From: Octopus vulgaris
Taxonomy: Eukaryota
Length of the DNA: 64,000 nt
NCBI GenBank assembly: GCA_951406725.2
Contig: OX597814.1
Coordinates: forward strand, 19,406,001-19,470,000
Reading direction: 5' to 3'
Shown: piece after piece, positions 54,477 to 64,000 of the stretch
How positions within the stretch are numbered: the first letter of the stretch is position 1
Layout: each line of letters begins with the position of its first letter
Notes under the pieces: model-generated
The model's database searches: none
Seen by the model: only the letters and a program-made list of their open reading frames with translations
What the model was told of the DNA's origin: nothing
Position numbers and translations under genes: made by a program

Positions 54477-54759
54477 GCATGTATAGTTGCTATTATGCAA
54501 AAGTGTCGTTAGTCCACAACGTTGATGTTTCACAAAACGAAAACATAGTTTGACCATTCCATAGCAAAACCGTTGCGCTGCAGTTTGACAACTTTTGATA
54601 TCTTGGCATCTGAATCAGCTGGAGATGCGATAGTTTGACCAAAAGAACCGGCTACTGGAAGCAAAATTAAATATTGAAAACATCGCATTTTGTCATATTT
54701 AGATATAGCAACGATAATTAATTTCTATGTCTATGTATGTATCTAACTTCAGAGTATAC

Positions 54760-54983
54760 TCTTTACTCTTTTTACTCTTTTACTTGTTTCAGTCATTTGA
54801 CTGCGGCCATGCTGGAGCACCGCCTTTAATCGAGCAACTCGTCCCCGAGACTTATTCTTTTGTAAGCCCAGTACTTATTCTATCGGTCTCTTTTGCCGAA
54901 CCGCTAAGTGACGGGGACATAAACACACCAGCATCGGTTGTCAAGCAATGCTAGGGGGACAAACACAGACACAAACACACACA

Positions 54984-55031
<48 letters not shown>

Positions 55032-55199
55032 TACGACGGGCTTCTTTTTCAGTTTCCGTCTACCAAATCCACTCACAAGGCTTTGGTCGGCCCGAGGCTA
55101 TAGTAGAAGACACTTGCCCAAGGTGCCACACAGTGGGACTAAACCCGGAACCATGTGGTTGGTAAACAAGCTACTTACCACACAGCCACTCCTGCGCCT
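54760..55199 (-). mobile_element. Full-length SINE-B
   Basis: Complete copy. Confidence 0.9.
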
Positions 55200-55341
55200 A
55201 TATCCGTATAGATATATATATATGTAACTATAATATAAACACGAGAAGAGAGCGTGTCATGCTTCAGCTTGTTTGAGAATTATGCGTAATGTTCATGTTT
55301 CTGTGGAATACTCAACCATTTAGGCTTTAATATATTATATA

Positions 55342-56135
55342 TTAGGTCATCCCATAAATAATGCAGTTTTTTCCATTGCATGAACTAAAGCAGGTAGTAA
55401 TTTTACATTCTACTTATTCTTAGTGCAAGTTTTGAAGAGTGCAATTCGATTTTAACTGTTATTTTTTTCAAAGCTATGATGGAAGTGAGAAAGGAGCATA
55501 TTCGGCATATTTTGCTTTATGAGTTCAATAAATGCAACAACGCAACGGAAAGAGTGAGGAATATTAATGCAGTATATGGGGATCGGACAATAAATGTAAG
55601 CGAGTGTCAACTGTGGTTCCAAAAATTCCGAGCCGAAAATCTACTGCCTACAAGACGACCCTCGTCCTGGAAGATCTGTAGAGCTCGACGAACAAAATTC
55701 CATCGCAACTGTTGAGGAACTCGCAGAGAGGCTTGGATTTGGTAATTCGATTATTCATCGACACCTGCAGCGCTAGAAGAAAAAATGGCCATCTTTGGTT
55801 TCAGGACGAAAGTTGTTTTTCCATCAGGATAATGCTCGGCCACATACACCGAAGATGACATTCCAAAGGCTGGAGCAGTTTGAATGAGAAACGATGCCCC
55901 ACCCACCATATTTACTGGATTAGATATTCACCCCATCAGATTATCATTTATGCCGCAGTCTTCAAAATCATTTGGATGGAAAAAAATATGAATTCTGTAG
56001 ACAAGATAACAATACTGGAGGAGTATTTTTCGTCACGGACCACTGAGTTTTGGAAGAGGGTGTTACAAATCTACCAGATAGCTGGAAGAGCATTATGGAA
56101 AATGAGGGAGAGTATATTTTAGATTAAAAATGAAC
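55342..56135 (+). pseudogene. Internally deleted mariner (cecropia/mellifera-like)
   Basis: ta|ttaggt left end; MMEVRKEHIRHILLYEF..WFQKFR; FHQDNARPHT; PHPPY..PSDYHL; ENEGEYILD*. Confidence 0.85.
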
Positions 56136-56139
56136 TACA

Positions 56140-56338
56140 CTCTCTTTTACTGGTTTCAGTCATTTCACTGCGGCCATGCTGGAGCACCGCCTTTAGTCGA
56201 GCAAATCGACCCCGGGACTTATTCTTTTTGTAAGCCCAGTACTTATTCTATCGGTCTCTTTTGCCGAACCGCTAAGTGACAGGGACGTAAACACACCAGC
56301 ATCGGTTGTCAAGCAATGCTAGGGGGACAAACACACAA

Positions 56339-56375
<37 letters not shown>

Positions 56376-57139
56376 CATACGACAGGCTTCTTTCAGTTTC
56401 CGTCTACCAAATCCACTCACAAGGCATTGGTCGGCCCGGGGCTATAGCAGAAGACACTTGCCTAAGATGCCACGCAGTGGGACTGAACCCGGAAACATGT
56501 GGTTGGTTAGCAAGCTACTTACCACACAGCCACTCCATACAAAATAATCCTTTCTACTAAAGGCACAGGGCCTGGAATTTGTGGGAAGAGAATAATCAAT
56601 TTCATCGACCCCAGTACTTAACTGGTACTTATTTTACCTACCTCGAAAGGATAAAAGGCAAGGTCGACCTCGGTAGAATTTGAATTCAAACATGGGGACA
56701 GATGAAATGCCGCTAAGCACTTTTCCTGGCGTGCTAACGATTTTTCTACTCTAGGTACAAGTGCCGAAATTTTGGGAGAGAGGGTCAGTCGATTTTGATT
56801 GACCCCACTATGCAACTGGTACTTAATTTATCGACCCCGAAAGGATGAAAGGCAAAGTCGACATCGGCGGGATTTGAACTCAGAACGTAAAGACAGACGA
56901 AATACATATTTCTTTATTGCCCACACGGGGCTAAACACAGAGGAGACAAACAAGGACAGACAAACGGTTTAAGTCGATTACATCGACCCCAGTGCGTAAC
57001 TGCTACCTAATTTATCGACCCCGAAAGGATGAAAGGCAAAGTCGACCTCGGTGGAATTTGAACTCAGAACGCAGCGGCGGACGAAATACCGCAAAGCATT
57101 TCGCCCGGTGTGCCAACGCTTCTGCCAGCTCGCCGCCTT
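56140..57139 (-). mobile_element. SINE-B (56140-56536) followed by a composite SINE-A multimer (56548-57139)
   Basis: Family motifs as above. Confidence 0.85.
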
Positions 57140-57773
57140 CGGCCCAGACAAGGTGATGAGTAGTCAAATATTAAGGATCAATACACCGAAAACTATATCA
57201 TACTGCTGTGTCATTCAGTTACATTAGATTCTTTTTTATTACATTCGCAATATAAATCAAATAAGACAGGCATTCTTAGGCATATAGTCAAGCTTTTCAA
57301 TTTACAGGAGGTCCTAAATTTAGTTTTGTGTGCTAATGAAATACTCGTCTGTAGTAATATGTTTCTATTCGTTGAAGCATTCTAATATATCAATTTTCAT
57401 CTTTACAGTGTGATAAATAGGTGTTTGGCACAGATATAGGTGTCTTAGATGTAAACACAATTTAATGTTCGTATATGTCGAGTCCCTTTGCCGTCTTGAA
57501 TTTCCTTGATACCACTGAGAAATTAATCAAGTTGTTTATCTTAATCTAATCAGCCTAGTGGATCACACGACATTCTAAGCTCAGTCAATTGAAAAGTCAG
57601 TAGCATAAGTAAAGGACACACTAGTTTGGAACGAGTGTTTTCCATGATGCAGTATATATTTTCGGCCTGGGTCATTTGAATGTCTTAGCTTTGAACACAA
57701 TGACTTATCTGTGAACACAATGTCTCAGCAATGAACACAATAGCTGTGAACTCAATACCTTAACTAAGAATAA

Positions 57774-58390
57774 GGCGGCGAGCTGGCAGAATCGTTAGCG
57801 ATCTGGACGAAATGCTTAGCGGTATTGCGTCTGCCGCTACGTTCTGAGTTCAAATTCCGCCGAGGTCGACTTTGCCTTTCATCCATTCGGGGTCGATAAA
57901 TTAAGTACCAGTTACACACTGGGGTCGATATAATCGACTTAATCCCTTTGTTTATCCTTGTATGTCCTCTCTGTGTTTAGCCCCTCGTGGGTAGTAAAGA
58001 AATAGGTATTTCGTCTGTTTTTACGTTCTGTGTTAAAATTACGTCGAGGTCGATTTTGCCTTTCATCCTTTCGGGGTCGATTAAATAAGTACCAGTTACG
58101 CACTGGGGTCGATATGATCGACTTAATCCGTTTGTCTGTCCTTGTTTGTCCTCTCTGTGTGTAGTCCCTTGTGGGCAGTAAAGAAATAAGAAACGTTAGC
58201 ACGCCTGGCGAAATGCTTTGCAATTTTTCGTCTGTCTTTATGTTCTGAGTTCAAATTCCGCCGAGGTTGATTTGCCTTTCATCCTTTCGGGGTCGATAAA
58301 TTAAGTATCAATTGTGTACTGGGGTCGATCTAATCGACTGGCCCCCTCCCCCAAAATTTCGGGCTTTGTGCCCAGAGTCGAAAAGACTAT
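57774..58390 (+). mobile_element. Composite SINE-A trimer with one outer TSD, inside a degenerate tgaacacaat minisatellite
   Basis: TSD cttaact(a/g)agaat at 57759-57771 and 58391-58403. The last unit has the alternative tail. Confidence 0.9.
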
Positions 58391-58786
58391 CTTAACTGAG
58401 AATGCATCGTTTATCGTGAGCGCAATACTTCAGCTATGAACCCAATCTCTAGTTGACAGTATTACCTGTGAACAGCAAATGTTAATAGTTAACACAGTGT
58501 TTTGTTTATGAACCCGATATCTTAAGTGCCTCCACAATTTTACTATGTCTTAGCATGAACTACATAATGCAGGAATACGAAATATCAATCTTTTCTATTA
58601 AATAGTTACACCCTCCAAAATTTTGGGAACCCTTTTTTTTATGCTGGATGATAGCATTGTTGTACGCTGCCACCTGACAAGGCAACACTTCAAATAAAGT
58701 TCATACTCCTAAAATTATTTGTAAAATAAGATTATTTATAAAAAAACTCTTACAAAATATTAAATCACCAGAGTTTTTGCATATCA

Positions 58787-58808
58787 GTAGTGGTAGTAGT
58801 AGTAGTAA

Positions 58809-58875
<67 letters not shown>

Positions 58876-59250
58876 TTTTGTGTTGTTGTAGCAGCAACAA
58901 GGATAGTTGTTTTGCAGAACCAACTATCTGGGTGTAGGACAGACAGACTGCAGTTTCGTCATTGGCGTCGACCTCACCTCACCACAGTCATCATCATCAT
59001 CATCATTGTCATCATCATCATCATCATCATCATCATCAGCATCAGCATCATCATCATCATCATCGTCGTCGTCGTCATTGATATTATCATCGTCATCGCT
59101 GTCGTCGTCGTCGTCGTCGTCGTCACCATCATCACCATCATCACCACCACCACCAACACCTTCAAGAACATTCTCAGCAGCAGTAACCGCACTAGCAGCA
59201 TCTACAACATCAGTGGCAGCATCTTCATAACCATCATCATCAGCAGTAGC
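58787..59250. repeat. (AGT)/(CAT)/(CGT)/(CAC) low-complexity region
   Basis: Directly visible. Confidence 0.9.
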
Positions 59251-60279
59251 AACCGTTATCTTCTGTTCAAGAAAAGCTGTGGACTTCAATGACGATAAAG
59301 AGCCGCAATTTCTGCATCGGTACGTTTCATCTAAGCAAACTTATCATTTACATCTGTTTATTTTCTTCCTATCTCTTACACCGTTTTATGTAAAGACAGT
59401 CATGTTTGGTAGGGGAAGTAGGTACTCTAATCACTCCTTAATAGCTCTACTTTCACTTAATGCACAGGATAATATCTCTTCCACGGCACAGTTCTTCAGC
59501 AAGTAGACCAAAGATATTACTTATTTAGAAACCTACACAAACACATGCACAAACACACGCACAGGAACTCAGAATATATGTGAGTATGTGTAGCGCTTTC
59601 AAAATAAGTAAATATGTATGTGCGTATATATATATATGTGTGTGTGTACATGGGTACTGATAAATACAAATAATAATGTGTGTGTGTATTCATACATACG
59701 TGCATACATACATATATGTGAGTGTATATTAAAGATATGTACAGTTGTTAGCTATGAAGAGTTATATAATAGTGTAGATTGTAATATATACATACATGTA
59801 TATCTCTGTATGTGAGTGTATATGTGTGTGCACATGCTTATAATATTTACATGCGTACACCTAATACTTAAATAAGTACCTAAATATATATATACATCGT
59901 CGGGGTCGATGATAATAATCCAGAGGGTTTAGCTTTTGTGGACTCTCTAGGTGACTACGTTGACCAAGACAGGATCCAAAAACACGATGACAGTCTAAGC
60001 ATTTCTTGTTTCGCAGGCGAATAGTTGTAGTGCTTCTCGGTTTCGGCAGCTTCCAATACTGTTGTTTATGTGTGATGGATTTCGTTCCTGTGTTGAAAGT
60101 CTGGTCTCCTTTCTACAAACAAATTCTACATCTACTTCTGTCAGTTATTAACCAACAATTCTCACTTGTTCACATTGATACCACAATGTTTCGATTTCCT
60201 CTGTTAAGTACGCTTTCCTTTATTCAGTTGGAAGTAAAACTATTATTTGGACAAGCAGAGACCCGGTTACTAAAGTTGC

Positions 60280-60941
60280 ACTGCACACAGATGTCAAGAA
60301 AACTGAATACATGTCTTTCAACCAATAAACTGATGCTGAAATGTTTGCGTTGAGCGGTTCCAAATTGGATGTTGTTGAAGACTTTAAGTGCTTAGGTGTT
60401 TGGATGAGCATTTCGGAAGCCGACATCTAGATCAGGAAAGCACAATCATGGACAGCTGTCGCAAACTAAAGCAGGCCCGTAACTCCAAATTTCCCCGATG
60501 AATCAGAATCAAGCTGTTCATTGCAACTGGCAAATCAGTGCTATTGTATGGCAGAGAAACATGGACACAGACAAAGAAATTATCAAACAGGATCGATGGA
60601 TGCTACACAAGGGTGCTACGAATGGCTCTATATGTGAAATAGCAGCAACATATGGCAAATGGTCTTTATGGAAACCTGCCGAAAGTTAGCGAGAAGATCA
60701 GGCAAAGATGACTGCGATTCTCTGGTCATTGCGTGAGTCACCCTGAACTGGAACCATCCAAATTAGTCTTGTGGAACCCATTTCATGTTGATGTAAGAAG
60801 AGGTAAACGTTTTCACACTAACATCGACAATTTGATTGAAGATACTGACATGGAATGTATCCAGGACCTCGAGGCACAGATGATGGATCAAGAAGAGTGG
60901 CGGGTGGACTTCGTTCCTGACCCCCGTGATGGAACCCGGCC
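60280..60941 (+). pseudogene. RTE-clade LINE 3' remnant with a (TAA)n tail
   Basis: KKTEYM..VEDFKCLG..RIKLFIAT..VLLYGRETW..RIDGCYTRVLRMAL..LRFSGHC..LVLW..RRGK..MMDQEEWR. Confidence 0.85.
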
Positions 60942-61062
<121 letters not shown>

Positions 61063-61075
61063 CAACAACAACAAC

Positions 61076-61120
<45 letters not shown>

Positions 61121-61121
<1 letters not shown>

Positions 61122-62283
61122 GCGTTTGATAGCATCCCCCACACATGGATCCTCGAAACACTAGCCATTAACAAAGTAGCACCAACAATTATAAAATTCA
61201 TAGGGCACTCTATGAATAAATGGCAAACAAAAGAGGGACTCATGAAAACCAAAGCTATCCCCATTAGAAGAGGAATATTCAAGGGAGACACGCTCTCTCC
61301 ACTCCTTTTCTGCTTGGCACTGTCACCTCTATCTGATATGCTAAATAGAACTGGATGCGGATATAAATGTTACGGCAAAACGATCAGCCACCTTTTATAT
61401 ATGGATGACCTAAAACTATACGCTGCAAATGACAAACAGCTGGAAACACTATTAAAGATAGTTCATGGATTTACCAAAGAAATAGATATGAAATTTGGAT
61501 TAGAGAAATGCGCCAAAGTAACCCTGAAAAGAGGAAAACTAGTTAAGAGTAGCAACATCACACTAGATAAAACCAATGAAATAAAAGAATTAGACCAAAG
61601 CCAAACTTACAAATACTTAGGAATCCATTGAACTAGATAAGACACACACACACAAATGAAAGAGAAAATAAAAAAAGAATATTATAGACGAGTTAGATCA
61701 ATACTAAAAACAGAGCTCAATGCTAAAAGCAAGATAATGGGTATTAACACTTTAGCTGTCCCAGTTATAAGTTAATGGTATAGGCACACACCAGAAAAGG
61801 TCACAGAAAACGAGAAAGCAACCATACTCTGGGATATGCCGATACACACAGATAGAGAAATTAAGGCCAACAGACCAGATATAGTTGTCAGAGATCATGA
61901 AGGAAAAAAATGCTTTCTAATTGATGTATCAATACCGGCTGATGACAACGTGTCTCTAAAAGAAATGGAGAAACTCTCAAAATACAAAGACCTGGAAACA
62001 GAGGTAACTAGAATGTGGAATCTGAAAACAGAAACAATTCCTATCATAGTAGGTGCATTAGGCATGATAAAAAAATATTCAGACAAATGCATAACAAAAA
62101 CACCAGGACTTACAAACACATATAACATACAGAAAATTGCACTACTAGGCACTGCACACATCCTACGCAGAACACTTTCCATACAATAACCATCAGAGCA
62201 TCACAACAAATCACAGCACATACCTAAGGCACACAAAGCTGCGCTCGGTAGTGAAGTGAAAGCACGCTATAAAAATTAAACTA

Positions 62284-62287
<4 letters not shown>
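61121..62287 (+). mobile_element. 5'-truncated, internally deleted R4/Dong non-LTR retrotransposon (RT + RLE endonuclease) in (TAA)n
   Basis: AFDSIPH..GIFKGDTLSPLLF..HLLYMDDLKL; frameshift at about 61629; deletion at about 61775; LWD..NRPDIV..IDVSIP..EKLSKYKDL (PD-D/E). (TAA)n on both sides. Confidence 0.9.
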
Positions 62288-62335
<48 letters not shown>

Positions 62336-62677
62336 GCGACTCGGTATTGACATAGCATGACTCCGCCATCCCCTTTGAAGCTGACACTGCGTATTCATGA
62401 TTTCAATGCCTTGCTCGGGGATGCTGATATATGGTTTTTGTCTCTAGATATGCGTGATTCCACTGCTAAATTTCCTATTGATGCAAACCGTTGTCGTACT
62501 TCAGTCAAAGGTTAGACTCATGATCTTATATGTGTTAGTAAAAATATCGGAAATTAGCTGTTGCACTAACTGTGGTATTGTCTGCATACCGCAGTTCAGT
62601 AATGGTCCAGCATAGCCGCAATGAAATGACTGAAACAAAATAAAAGTATAAAAGAATATACATCCATATACATACAT

Positions 62678-62731
<54 letters not shown>

Positions 62732-62869
62732 CGGAGATGTACTCGCATAGCAAGTAATTTGATCTGAGATCGTGTGCTGAAACGAAAACAATTGCAGCGT
62801 GGGAGGTGTTTATAAGCCATTTAAGAAACACACAAAAGCCGTTCGATTCACTCCAACATTTAAGTTTAA

Positions 62870-62917
62870 TTTGTCAAAATATTTTCGTCGCTAAAATCCG
62901 CGACCTGTTCATGACAA

Positions 62918-62918
<1 letters not shown>
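62870..62918 (-). ncRNA. Degenerate hammerhead motif in a (TA)n-embedded repeat (about 62730-62920)
   Basis: Minus strand: TTTGTCA-tgaaca-gGTCGC(ggatttta)GCGAC-GAAA-ATAT-TT-TGACAAA. All three stems present, CUGANGA decayed. Confidence 0.55.
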
Positions 62919-62964
<46 letters not shown>

Positions 62965-62987
62965 TCATCATCATCATTATCATCATC

Positions 62988-63028
<41 letters not shown>

Positions 63029-64000
63029 CACATACATACGTACGTACATACATACATACATACATACATACATACATACATACATACATACATACATACA
63101 TACATACATACATACATACATACATACATACATACATACATACGTATGTACGTACGTATGTACGTACGTAGTCTGTAAATGCGATAATGAGACTTTTTAG
63201 TAAGAATTCCTATTTATAATTAAACTACTAATCAAATGTGTCTCCTTGAAAATATTTTCTTTGGGAAGTCACACAGCAGTGCAAGAACTCAGAAACCGGA
63301 ATCGCCTGAAGCTGGTCGGTTACAGCTATTTTTACGTTTTCCAACATGCCAAAATGATGTATTTAGAGATGAAATTTCAATCTCGAGAACAGAAAGATGT
63401 CACAGGCGGAAAAGCATCCCTGTTGTCCCTGCGTACCTCCAAACGTTAGAAGACAAGTTTGGATTTCAGGTTCATAAATCTCCAATTAAGGGCTGTGTCG
63501 GTTGAGCAGGTTCTAAGCTGAGTTTTTCCGGTAGTTAGTGAGATTCTTCTGTACTTGTTGCCATCTGATTTGGGTACCTTCTTTAAAATGGTAGTAACTG
63601 TTATTAATCTAAGCACAGGACCTGCAATTTTCGAAGGATCATATAAGTAGTCTATTAAATCTATTCTAGTGCCAGACTGGTACCTTATTATATGAAACCG
63701 GAAGAATGAGAGGCAATATTGCATTTGGCAAAATTTGAGACTTATTTGTAGAGAGACGGAATATCGATTTTGCCAGGTGGCTATCCTTGAAGGTGGTATT
63801 AATAAATGCAATTCTAAAGTAACCCTGATATCTCTTCTCATGCGTGTATGTGTGTATATGTGTGTACACGCATGTTTTCATGCACATTTGTATGCGTACG
63901 CATATGATTTTCTTTGTTCGTTTGTGTATGTTTGTGTGCATTTGGATAGAAAAATAGATCGAAAATTTAACATTTGATACATATATGCATTAATTTTCGC

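Noticed and set aside
58777-59320. Ser-, Ile- or Asp-rich ORFs with flanking splice-like sites
   Set aside because: Low-complexity trinucleotide DNA; no frame stays open between the acceptor and donor.
63236-63505. 89-aa ORF in unique sequence
   Set aside because: No recognisable domain, splice context or other support.

Overview
Repeat-saturated, AT-rich eukaryotic intergenic or intronic DNA. It is most likely from an Octopus genome, inferred from the tRNA-derived SINE families and the extreme microsatellite load. No intact host protein-coding gene can be supported; almost all ORF-track entries are microsatellite or SINE artefacts. Recognisable coding remnants are all transposon-derived: four mariner transposase pseudogenes (one with both TIRs), an R4/Dong RT+RLE retrotransposon in (TAA)n, two RTE LINE 3' ends, a Tx1/L1-like 3' end in (GATA)n, and a Penelope-like GIY-YIG endonuclease. 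There are also non-autonomous Helitrons, pogo/Tc-type MITEs and dozens of SINEs. The most interesting signals are: (i) about ten minimal type-I hammerhead-ribozyme motifs in Penelope-like terminal repeats, including a palindrome carrying two back-to-back hammerheads on opposite strands (4993-5121); (ii) many fold-back inversions, including a spacer-less ~1.55 kb palindrome; (iii) a SINE family that shares its tail with a (GATA)n-associated Tx1-like LINE, forms self-nested multimers and has generated a tandem array; (iv) modular head/core/tail shuffling among SINEs. Family names are from pattern recognition only and no searches were run.
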